From positions 4,928 to 68,927 of the forward strand of contig JBEKIG010000013.1 in the NCBI GenBank assembly GCA_050011875.1: DNA of 64,000 nucleotides, written 5' to 3'. Under the pieces are notes generated by a model. That model did no database searches, had not been told where the DNA came from, and saw nothing but the letters and a program-made list of their open reading frames with translations. This document shows, piece after piece, positions 47,456 through 56,700 of this stretch. The translations under genes and the position numbers were made by a program. Every line of letters begins with the position of its first letter. The stretch's first letter is position 1. The DNA comes from Nitrososphaeria archaeon. GTDB taxonomy: Archaea; Thermoproteota; Nitrososphaeria; JACIWG01.

Positions 47456-48868
47456 TTAGACTTCGATTACCTTTATGTTCAGAAGCATGCAAGCTTGTTT
47501 TATACATTCACTGTAGTCACCATGTATCATACTTGCATGGTGTACGAAGCCTTCTGCAACAAGGGTTCTATATAATTTATCAAGGTCAGCTACTCTTACC
47601 CACGCTGATGATCCAGCTTTTAACGCTTTTCTGCTTAGTTCATCGTTCATCTTTACGATTTCTCCCTTGGTTACGAGCATCTTGAATTGGCCATTATATT
47701 CTGCAAGTCTGCATAATGTGACTACACCTGGTTTTAGAATCATATCCATGGTACCATAGCATTTTTCTCCTGTTGATGTGTAGTGACCATTGTGGTAGGT
47801 GAGGGCTGAGGGGGAATAAGCACATGCGAGGTTTGAGGGGGCGTTACCACAGTGCCAAGCAAGGAACACATTGCGATCTTTAGGATTCGCTATTGTCCAA
47901 TCAATAAAGTGCGGTGGTGAAGTTCCAAGAGATGCTTTATATTGCATGAGCATAGTTAAAGCGCCATAGACATCAGCTTCACAAGAAGTCATTATACCAG
48001 ATTGAGTCAGTCTACCCATTGTAGAGCACGGATAAATTCCGTAGTAATTTTCGATTTCCGTCCAACATCTGACGCCCATTATATCCAGGCCTTTTTCGTT
48101 TACAAGATTTCTCAAGGCTACCTCTAACTTCGCCATCTTAACTAACTCCTTACTGGGAACCCCTGAAACATTGACGGCCCCCATATCCTTTATGATTTTA
48201 GTTACTTCTTTGTCTTGATCATTAAGCTTTCTTGCCGCCTCTACTATTGAAAAGATGGTAGCATGAATGACCCTCTGCTTGTAAAGCTCTGCCATAACAG
48301 CTTCATTGTATGTAACTGTTTCAAAACCTTCAGGTCTTTGACCTACTAAGCCCACTCTTGCACCTAGAAAGCTTCTGACTACTGCGGACGTTCTTACAAA
48401 ATTTTCTAAGCCCTTCAAGAAGGCTTCTTCCTCCGGAAAGACTATTCCTAAGAATATGAATGGTATTTTTCTCCTATATAGATCAGACGCCAAAGACAAT
48501 GTACCACAAAAGGAGTCCGACCATTTAAATACCGATGGCTTAGTTTCGGGCTCTTTAGTTCCAAAAACCATCAGAGGATACCTCTCGAACTCTTCGGCTA
48601 CTGTAACCCCCGCTAACTCCTCTCCAAAGGTCATTGTTCCCAGCAAAATTCCTTGCACATCCTTCTCTTTGAAAAGATGAATGGTCTTCTGTGCATCCGC
48701 TTCGTCACCAACCAAACCCATATTGGTAAGTGAACCGTCAGGATAAACTAATTCAACCATCTCAAGCTTTGCAGATGCCTTCACAACTCTATTCTTTATT
48801 TCAACAGCCCATTTCGTATCAAAGCTATTTCTGTGTAAAGGGACAAAACCTATTCTTACCTTCTTCAT
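47456..48868 (-). CDS. L-fucose/L-arabinose isomerase family protein (canonical-looking paralog)
   Basis: 470 aa. VRIGFVP..., SDSFCGTLSLASDLYRRKIP, ...VRCWTEIENYYGIYPCSTMGRLTQSGIMTSCEADVYGALTML..., ...GFVHHASMIHGDY... Confidence 0.8.
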   Translation of the reverse strand: MKKVRIGFVPLHRNSFDTKWAVEIKNRVVKASAKLEMVELVYPDGSLTNMGLVGDEADAQKTIHLFKEKDVQGILLGTMTFGEELAGVTVAEEFERYPLMVFGTKEPETKPSVFKWSDSFCGTLSLASDLYRRKIPFIFLGIVFPEEEAFLKGLENFVRTSAVVRSFLGARVGLVGQRPEGFETVTYNEAVMAELYKQRVIHATIFSIVEAARKLNDQDKEVTKIIKDMGAVNVSGVPSKELVKMAKLEVALRNLVNEKGLDIMGVRCWTEIENYYGIYPCSTMGRLTQSGIMTSCEADVYGALTMLMQYKASLGTSPPHFIDWTIANPKDRNVFLAWHCGNAPSNLACAYSPSALTYHNGHYTSTGEKCYGTMDMILKPGVVTLCRLAEYNGQFKMLVTKGEIVKMNDELSRKALKAGSSAWVRVADLDKLYRTLVAEGFVHHASMIHGDYSECIKQACMLLNIKVIEV

Positions 48869-49171
48869 ATTTGAAAGATTCTCAATAATATTATATAAGT
48901 CTTCCTATGCTATGAAAACCGTCTATAGAAGATAATTTTAGATTTCAACCAATCTTGTACTAATTGAATTTCTTGGACATAACGTATGTAAACTTGAAAA
49001 TACCAAAGATTTTTCAACGAGAGGTTAGATGTGGTTTATGCATGAACGGAACGGATTCGGTAACAAGGTTATATGTAGAAGTCGGACTCATTAAACCCTA
49101 TATGAACCGTAAACAATCTATGACTTTAGCAGTATACAAACGAACTGTGGCAATTTGGAAATTCAATATAT

Positions 49172-50074
49172 CTATTTTTTAAGTAAGGGTTCAAGTTTAT
49201 TCTTTATATCATCTGTTTTGGGTTCAAGTTTGCCTATATCAAGTATCTTCCAGGTTTCTGTGTACTCCATACTAGTAGAAGGTTCGAGTGTTTTCAAGGG
49301 ACTGAGTGTTTCAAATTCTAGCGTGTTAGCGTTTGTATATACCTCTACGTTGCAGCCAAAGTCAGGATAATCTCCTTCCATATTTGGAAACTCTTTCACA
49401 AAAGCCATTCCGTCAACTATGCATGTAGCCCATTTTGGATTAGCCATCGTTCCTATCTTCATTGCTTTTTTTACTTCTGATTTTTTCATTACATAGATGT
49501 ATTCATCTGTAAGTTTCAGTCTTTTATCTTCTAAATTCGTGTATGGCCATATAGCCAGGTGTCTGTCTGGAAGAAGCCCCTCCTTGTCTACTTTTGACGC
49601 TTTTATTGGCACAACAACGAAACCTTCTCCCTCCATTAGAGATAGAGCCCAACATCCTAGCTTTATCGGCCATCTGCCGATATTCTGAATTTGGTAAACG
49701 AGCTGGACACCATCATTTCCAAAAGGCTTTATAGTAATTTCCTTTTTTATGGAATTCTCTTTTTCAGGATTACCATGTATTGTAACACTATCCTTTTCTA
49801 TCTTGATTTCTACGGGTTTATCATCCATTGAGTAAGACCGCGGTATAGCTTCTGGCGAACTCCAGAGTCTGTGGCCTCCGTATACTCTCCATAATCCTTC
49901 AATAGTTTTCATTTCGTTCTTCGGGTATATGGCGAAAAGATTTTTTTGAGGTCTATTTTTGCTTGCTAGGTATAGAATTCTCGGCCCAATGTCTGTAGCT
50001 ATACCTATTATTAGGTTGTTTATCGAAACTATCTTTGTGTTAAAACCTTCTAACTTTCTTTCTACAACTCTCAT
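49172..50074 (-). CDS. hypothetical protein, possibly galactose-mutarotase-like fold (DUF4380-like)
   Basis: 300 aa. ...YGGHRLWSSPE... and an all-beta character recall DUF4380/aldose-epimerase-like proteins. The call comes from memory of the motif only. Confidence 0.4.
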   Translation of the reverse strand: MRVVERKLEGFNTKIVSINNLIIGIATDIGPRILYLASKNRPQKNLFAIYPKNEMKTIEGLWRVYGGHRLWSSPEAIPRSYSMDDKPVEIKIEKDSVTIHGNPEKENSIKKEITIKPFGNDGVQLVYQIQNIGRWPIKLGCWALSLMEGEGFVVVPIKASKVDKEGLLPDRHLAIWPYTNLEDKRLKLTDEYIYVMKKSEVKKAMKIGTMANPKWATCIVDGMAFVKEFPNMEGDYPDFGCNVEVYTNANTLEFETLSPLKTLEPSTSMEYTETWKILDIGKLEPKTDDIKNKLEPLLKK

Positions 50075-50452
50075 TTCTCACACCTTTCTATGTTACCTTT
50101 TCTGACCAAATATATAAATTGTTGCATACGTTTTCAATTCTATTTTATGATATTGTAACCGACGGAAAATGAAAGCACCGCATAGGGGGGAGAATCTTAA
50201 ACTGGCACCTTGCCATCGACCAACTTCTTTGAAATCATATTTCTAACGATAGCTTTTAAACATTCGAAGGGAGAGAGATCTAGAAGCTAAAGGTCATTAG
50301 GATCAGTTTACACTTGGCGTGCTGATTCTGTTGCTGGAAAAGGTATTTGTTGAATGAAATCCAGAATCTCGTTATACTCTAATCGTCAGAAAACATCTAA
50401 CCACACTAAACTTCTAGGAAAAGATAAATCTCGCAAAATAGCTATATAAAAT

Positions 50453-50929
50453 ATGGATAAGATAAAGATCCTTTTCCTATGCACCCATAACTCAGCGCGA
50501 TCCCAAATGGCTGAAGGATTTCTTAGACACTTCTATGGAGAAAGGTATGAAGCATTCAGCGCAGGCTCAAAACCGACACGTGTCCATCCTCTTGCCATAA
50601 AGGTGATGTCTGAAGTGGGGATAGACATTTCGAAACATACGTCTAAGAGCATCGAAGAGTTCCGGAACAAGGACATTGACGTAGTTGTAACCGTGTGCCG
50701 TAGCAGTGCAAAGGAGGTCTGTCCGTTTTGCTCTTCACCGATACTTGGAAGTAGACCGGAGATAGTAGCCTCGACCGTGCCAAGCGCTCGGAAGTATATA
50801 GAACACGGTTTCAGCGACCCTTCTGAAGTTTATGGAAGTGATGAGGAAAGGACTGAAGCCTTCAGACGCGTGAGGGATGAAATAGCTAGTTGGATTAAAG
50901 ATACTTTTGCGGACCTCGGCGATCTTTAA
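50453..50929 (+). CDS. arsC: arsenate reductase, LMW-PTPase (thioredoxin-coupled) family
   Basis: ILFLCTHNSARSQMAEG (CX5R P-loop), ...AFSAGSKP... and ...VVVTVC... 158 aa. Confidence 0.85.
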   Translation: MDKIKILFLCTHNSARSQMAEGFLRHFYGERYEAFSAGSKPTRVHPLAIKVMSEVGIDISKHTSKSIEEFRNKDIDVVVTVCRSSAKEVCPFCSSPILGSRPEIVASTVPSARKYIEHGFSDPSEVYGSDEERTEAFRRVRDEIASWIKDTFADLGDL

Positions 50930-51081
50930 GCGCCTGCATCAGATCTTATGTGGTGTCCGCGATTCATCTCTGAATTGAAATGCAAACACACTGAATTACT
51001 CACTTATATTATTGATGCTAACACACTGAACAGTGTTTCTTTTCCTCGTGGCATGTAAGATTCCTTCTTTTCTCCCGAACG

Positions 51082-51504
51082 CTATACTTTCCTTAACGCT
51101 CTTGTAACTTCGTATAATGAGGTCGCAAGTCCGACAAAGATCACCGTTAAAGAGAAGGCATAGGTGGACGTTATTTCAGGTGGTCTCAGGTAGGTCAGCA
51201 GGATCAGGAATGCCAGTAAGAAGAATATGGCGTACGTGGTCTGTAAGGGTATAAGCGTCCTTCTCACCCTGATCACATTTTCGAACATCACCCTGTCTAC
51301 GACGTAGCCTTCATCCTGTTGCCTGATGAGGCCCGCGTCAAGGAGCTTGCTGATATGGTATGATGCGAGTGAGGATGTGCTAAATCCGAGGCCCCGTTGC
51401 ACGTCATGGACGCCAATGGGCTTCCCCTCCTTGAACATAAAGCGATAGACCTTGAGAGTAGTGCCCTTCAATACGTCTGCTTCAGCCTTTTCCGCTGTAC
51501 TCAA
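51082..51504 (-). CDS. membrane-tethered winged-helix transcription regulator (wHTH plus 2 C-terminal TM helices), paralog 2
   Basis: 140 aa, collinear with 9422-9844 (98 of 140 identical by hand count). Apparent TTG start, as in paralog 1. Confidence 0.75.
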   Translation of the reverse strand: MSTAEKAEADVLKGTTLKVYRFMFKEGKPIGVHDVQRGLGFSTSSLASYHISKLLDAGLIRQQDEGYVVDRVMFENVIRVRRTLIPLQTTYAIFFLLAFLILLTYLRPPEITSTYAFSLTVIFVGLATSLYEVTRALRKV

Positions 51505-51552
51505 AGTCTTTCCAACATTGATGGACCAGCATTCAATTTAAACCTTACTCCA

Positions 51553-51598
51553 TTCTAAAATTAGAACACAGTCTTCCATCATCAATCTAAAATTAGTA
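51553..51598. promoter_or_regulatory. inverted-repeat boxes TTCTAAAATTAGAA (51553-51566) and ATCTAAAATTAGTA (51585-51598)
   Basis: The first box is identical to the two boxes at 9892-9926. It lies 48 nt from the regulator start codon (47 nt in the paralogous locus). The second box abuts the CTATATC TATA-like element. Confidence 0.55.
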
Positions 51599-51605
51599 CT
51601 ATATC
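51599..51605 (+). promoter_or_regulatory. TATA-like element CTATATC upstream of the MSEYK gene (paralog 2)
   Basis: It is centred about 35 nt upstream of the ATG at 51637. The same heptamer and spacing occur at 9959-9965. Confidence 0.35.
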
Positions 51606-51636
51606 GTTGCTCACCTTTACCTTAAGCCGTGGAAAA

Positions 51637-52314
51637 ATGTCAGAATATAAGAAGCAGATCGCTGCAGGAGCTTTGACGGCTGTCGTGATAGCGTTAATTT
51701 TGGCAGGTGGAGCAAGCTATCTTTTCCCACTTCAGCCCACGCAGACGACCTCCACAATAATTAACCATTCCTCTGCAGCTGCAGCCACAGCGTCTACCAC
51801 TAAGGCTACAAGCGCTGCTATTACATCTATACCTCAGACAACGTCGTCAGGAACTACCTTCACGACGTCTACGACATATTTAGGCACTACGACAACGATA
51901 TATTTACCTCCGACCATGACTCTACCCACTAATAATGGCACTACGATAATTACAAACGGCACTATGACATATACAATAACTCCTCCTATCACCACGGTGA
52001 CTACGACAATTGGACCGATTGTAACTGTAACCGTGACCCAAAACCTCATAAAAGATATTGAGATAACATACGTGAACTTCAACGCCAGCATCCCAACTCA
52101 TGTGTTCGTAGGCGTCAAGAACGCCGGCACCACGGACCAGACCGTCACAGAAGTACTCGTAAACGGAATACCGTTATCAAGCGTGAACGGAGGTACATCA
52201 AATCCAAGCCTGCCCATTACAATAGCAGCAGGTAGATCACAGGAGATCACCCTAACCTTCAGCTCGCCACTGCCATCAGGAACATACTTCATAACAATTC
52301 TCCCCGGTGATTGA
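51637..52314 (+). CDS. signal-anchored Thr-rich surface protein (MSEYK family), paralog 2
   Basis: MSEYKKQIAAGALTAVVIALILAGGASYLFPLQP..., a Thr-rich linker, and a conserved C-terminal domain ...KNAGTTDQTVTEVLVNGIPLSSVNGGTSNPSLPI...LTFSSPL. Confidence 0.7.
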   Translation: MSEYKKQIAAGALTAVVIALILAGGASYLFPLQPTQTTSTIINHSSAAAATASTTKATSAAITSIPQTTSSGTTFTTSTTYLGTTTTIYLPPTMTLPTNNGTTIITNGTMTYTITPPITTVTTTIGPIVTVTVTQNLIKDIEITYVNFNASIPTHVFVGVKNAGTTDQTVTEVLVNGIPLSSVNGGTSNPSLPITIAAGRSQEITLTFSSPLPSGTYFITILPGD

Positions 52315-53242
52315 TACGCATCAGAATCTATTGGAAGGAGCCGTGCCGAAGGCTCAGGTTGTTTTGTTATTGGCCATACTTTTGGTTGGAGCAGTCGGCG
52401 CCTACTATGTTGTACAGGAAGAACTGCCAAAGAATAGTAACCCTTTGACTACTACTTCGACCTCGGGCACATCAACGTCCGCTCCGGTAGACGCAGGCCC
52501 GCTAACCGTAGTTTCAGTTAGTCTTCTTCGGCCCTATAACCCGGGTGGACCGACAATTGAAGTCATCCTGCAGAACAAGGCAAACAACCCAGTGGTTAGC
52601 CTTCAAACGGTATTGTCATTATCGGGACGCAACTACACGTACGTTTTCGACGACGTTTCTTCAAGCAATCCGCTGTTGACCAATCAGGACGCATCTCAGA
52701 CAGCCACTCTGATCGGTCCTGCCGGATTTGAAACAAATCAAACGTACCCGATGGAGATACGAGGCACTCTGCAAAATGGATCCTTGTTCGATTACGTAAC
52801 TCCTGTGACAATAGCCCAATACTCCAATCAGCTCGTGGCGTCCGGAGGAAACGGCAATCTCCAACTTACCATGGTCCTCGGAAAAACCGTGTACAGTTTA
52901 GGCGAACCTGTTAACCTAACTTTGACCATCACCAACATCAGCAATCAGACAATAAACTTTATGCACTCAGGATTGGATTTTGATTTTCGAGTTTACAACG
53001 GCACAAACAACGTCGTGTACCAGTGGTCAAATTTCAGAGGCATCGCTCAATTCATAATGATCGTGCCGCTTCACGCCGGAGAGAGCAGGTCGGCCAACTT
53101 CACTTGGCTGCAGACATGCAATTTCAACGCCTCAGTTGAAGGAGACCCAGTCTCACCAGGGACCTACAACATAATTGGCCAAACTGGCTCAGTGTACGGT
53201 TTACAGACGACGCCGATACAACTCACAATCGTCAACCCTTAG
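52307..53242 (+). CDS. signal-anchored secreted protein with C-terminal BsuPI-like (proteinase-inhibitor) beta-sandwich
   Basis: The GTG start overlaps the upstream stop by 8 nt. C-terminus: VNLTLTITNISNQTINFMHSGLDFDFRVYNGTNNVVYQWSNFRGIAQFIMIVPLHAGESRSANFTW. It follows the BsuPI pattern (sG..yDF.V.d..g..vw.wS......q.....l..GE.....w). Confidence 0.55.
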   Translation: MIDTHQNLLEGAVPKAQVVLLLAILLVGAVGAYYVVQEELPKNSNPLTTTSTSGTSTSAPVDAGPLTVVSVSLLRPYNPGGPTIEVILQNKANNPVVSLQTVLSLSGRNYTYVFDDVSSSNPLLTNQDASQTATLIGPAGFETNQTYPMEIRGTLQNGSLFDYVTPVTIAQYSNQLVASGGNGNLQLTMVLGKTVYSLGEPVNLTLTITNISNQTINFMHSGLDFDFRVYNGTNNVVYQWSNFRGIAQFIMIVPLHAGESRSANFTWLQTCNFNASVEGDPVSPGTYNIIGQTGSVYGLQTTPIQLTIVNP

Positions 53243-53756
53243 TTCACGAAAAGGAAAAGACACGATAAAATTCTATTTATTGGAAGGATGTACAAAAGAT
53301 GTCGCAGGTATCATAGAGAACATTAAAAGTCCAAAGATTGTTTCAATTGAAGCAAAATTGTCGATAGATGCCCGGGAATTCTTATCAGCTGTCTCTCAAG
53401 GTGAGATGTATCAAGAAGTATCTACAATTGTTTATTTAGCTTTCCCCATAGATGAGATAAATTCGTTTATAATTGAAATTATAAACCAGACCCCAAACAC
53501 TTACAAACTCTGCTGCAAGAAGACACAAAAACGTAATAATGTGCCACTTAAATCTAAGGTTCTTCAATTGACAGTCGATCTAAGATCGTATTTAAGACAG
53601 AAAGTTATTAAATTTTTTGGGGCGTATTCCAGAAAGTGGTGTCACCATATGAATCCTGAGTGCAAGGTTTGTTGCTCATAGATACCTGCGTCAGATTGAA
53701 TGTCGATATCCCTGAGAACTGAGATGTTGGAACTTACTCTGCTTTACCCTCATCAA

Positions 53757-56700
53757 CTATGATGTCTTTGGATGGTCGATTCGGACCCGGTCATGCTTAC
53801 CTGCTTTCCGCCTCGGCAATACAACCCTCCAAAGGATTACGATTACCGCTAAGATAACCGCTAAGATAATAACTATCAAAATGGACGTGTAAACCCAGTT
53901 TATCGAGAAGCTTGCCTGCACGCTCTCAGCAGAGTTCACCACAACACTAACTTCAGTTTCGCTTGAAGACGTTGCACCAGACCAGCCGTCAAACTTGAAC
54001 AGGAAAAACGCAGGACTAGCTGCAAGCTGAACAGTCGAACCCAAAGGCACAAACAGCGTCCTATTACTCGCACCACCCACCTTACCAGCAAGCGAGGCAG
54101 AGCTGTAGGAAACACTTCCGAAACTCGAAGAAACAACAGAGAGACCAGGATAGAACGCTGCGCTTTCAACGATAGGATCCTTGACCGTAACAGTGAACGG
54201 ATTACTCACCCCCCCATACGAGCCGACCCCTGAACCGTTCCATAACTCGAACTGCCAACCACCATTTGAAGCAGCAGAAAGCTGAACCTGCTCACTGGAA
54301 TTAAACCAATCCGTCAAAGGAGACACGAAACCACCCTGCTGGCTGTTGGAAAGGACCTTAACATAATACTGGTGGTAGTAGAAAGGAGACAAGACGACGG
54401 CCGAGCTCACCGAACCTGTGGTTGCCTGCGCAAGGACCGACCATCTCTCGTTCGAAGAAGCATAAGCAACGCTTGCAAAACTAAACGTACTGCCCGAGTC
54501 TGCCCAAGCTGTCCCCTGCGTGACACCAATCAGTGAAGTCGACGGCGATCCAAGCGAAGAGAAGTTCAACTCCAAAGAACCTGGGTTCCCCCCGCCGGAT
54601 ACGCTGTAGCTATAAACAATGGTGTACTGGTGATAGTAGACAAGGGTCATTGAAACAGCTGCGTTCACACTGCCGGAGCTAGAGCTATTGGTGTACCAAC
54701 GCTCAGATGAGCCAGACCCCTGAAGAGGATTCGGCAAGCTGAATGAAGTGCCTGCGTCAAGCCAATTGGAACTTAGGGTCGCGTTTATCGGAAAAGCCGC
54801 TGACACTCCGAAAGCTGTCCCCGACAACAACGGAGAAGTAGGATTCCCGCCACCATTGATGACATATCCTACTGAGATGTCGAATTGGTGGTAGTATTGG
54901 AAGGTCGCGGTGGTAGGTCCCGAGACAGCCCCTGCGTCGGTCTGAGACGTAATCCACCTTTCAGATGAATTAGAGCTGGAGAGAGGGTTAGTGACCGACC
55001 AAGATGAACCATAATCAAACCAGTAGGCTGTAGGTATGCTCGTTATGGTAGGCGAAAACGCCACACCATTCTGCAAACCTGACAACAGCGGAACGGCCGG
55101 CGAACCACCTCCAGACACAGAATACGCCAGAGTCCAAGCTACCTGAAAGTAATACGGAACAACTACCACAGACCCAGAAACAGTTCCCGACGTTTCGTTA
55201 GTGGCCATCCACCTTGTGTTTGAATTCGACCCTGATAGCAAGCCTGTGAACGAATAGGATGAACTCGCGTCTGTCCAGTCAGTGAAATTCGCCACCCCTT
55301 GGGATTGTGATCCGAACTTGGTGTAGGAGACGGTCGGAGCCGTGTAGCCCGACTGATTAGAGTTCATAATGTTGAAGCCAAACAGAACGTAGTACTGGTC
55401 ATAGTATGTGAAAAGAACGGACTGGGCGGCGGAAACGGTTCCTGAGGTCACATCCTGAGTGTACCATCTCTGCACGCTACTCGACCTCTGTAAGGGGTTT
55501 GAAACAGACCAGAGCTGTCCGACGTCGGACCAATAGGCCGTGGGTGAGCCGGAAAGGCTAACAGCAGCCGCCGAGCCGAACTGGGTTAGGGCAAGGCTGG
55601 GCGCAGTAGGACCTCTTCCCCCCACTGTCGTATAGCCGGAAGTCAACCTGTACTGGTGGTAGTATGTCGCAGAAAACAACGTACTAGAGTTAACCATGCC
55701 AGTCGGAGACTTAGTGGCCCACCGTTCGTTTACGTACGATCCGGGCAACGGATTCTGAAAGGAATACAATGAGCCGGCGTCCACGAAGGCCAAGAAACCG
55801 GGCGTAATGGATACAGATGACCCGAATTCGCTGACATTCATGCTTGGCTGTGAGTAACCGCTGCCACCGTTTGCGACAGCATAGAGGAAGGATACGCGAA
55901 ACTGGTGGAAATATACGAAGTTCAACGTTGTACCGTTCGTGGGAGCAGTGCCGCTAGTTTTATTTTGTGTGTCCCAGATCTCTATCGAAGTTGAGCCCTG
56001 TAACAGGCCGTTCACGCTCCACGGAGATCCGCTGTCCATGTAGTAGGTGGTAGAATTAGTGGAAAGCTGGATGATGTGCTGAATCCCGCCGGAATAGTAG
56101 ATGAAGAATGGTGGAGAATATCCACTTCCACCACCTTGAACTGAATAATTTACGTTAACTGTGGCAGGACTATATCCTGTGATAAACAGATACGAGTCAG
56201 AAGCCTCCGTGGCGTTATGGGATGATAGGTACTGCAATGTTTTCGGAACCGTGTAGACGACAGGACCACTCGTGGAAGCCACGAACAACGTTTGGCCAGT
56301 GCTCGGCACCCATTCCTCCATCCACATCCAGGCGGAGGATTTTGCGAAGTCGTTTTCCCAATAGGTGACATTTGCCTCTTCTCCGTAATAGGCGGAGGAG
56401 TGCCACCATTCCGTCATAAGCCCGGTGAAGAAACCGTTACTGTTTTCTGGCGATGAAGCTAAGCCCACGAAAACGGAAGAGCCCTCCTGGTTGAACATCT
56501 TTACGGCCCCTGCCCCCGTGTTATAATCATATGCTTGCATCACGACGTTGCCGCCAGAAAAGAAAAGGTTAAGGAGGACTGTATCCCCCTGTTTCACGGT
56601 CCCTGAGAAGGACGATAGTCCGACTCCGCTTGCTGGGTAGATTGAATTACCACTTGGGTCAAAGACTTCGTAATTCATGCTAAAGCCCGATGCGTAGCCG

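Noticed and set aside
53175-53681. 168-aa ORF in the spacer between module B and the giant surface protein (possible TTG start at 53280; ends ...WCHHMNPECKVCCS)
   Set aside because: The first third overlaps 52307-53242 in another frame. There is no ATG start and no family resemblance in very AT-rich DNA. It could be a real ~133-aa orphan, but I cannot support it.
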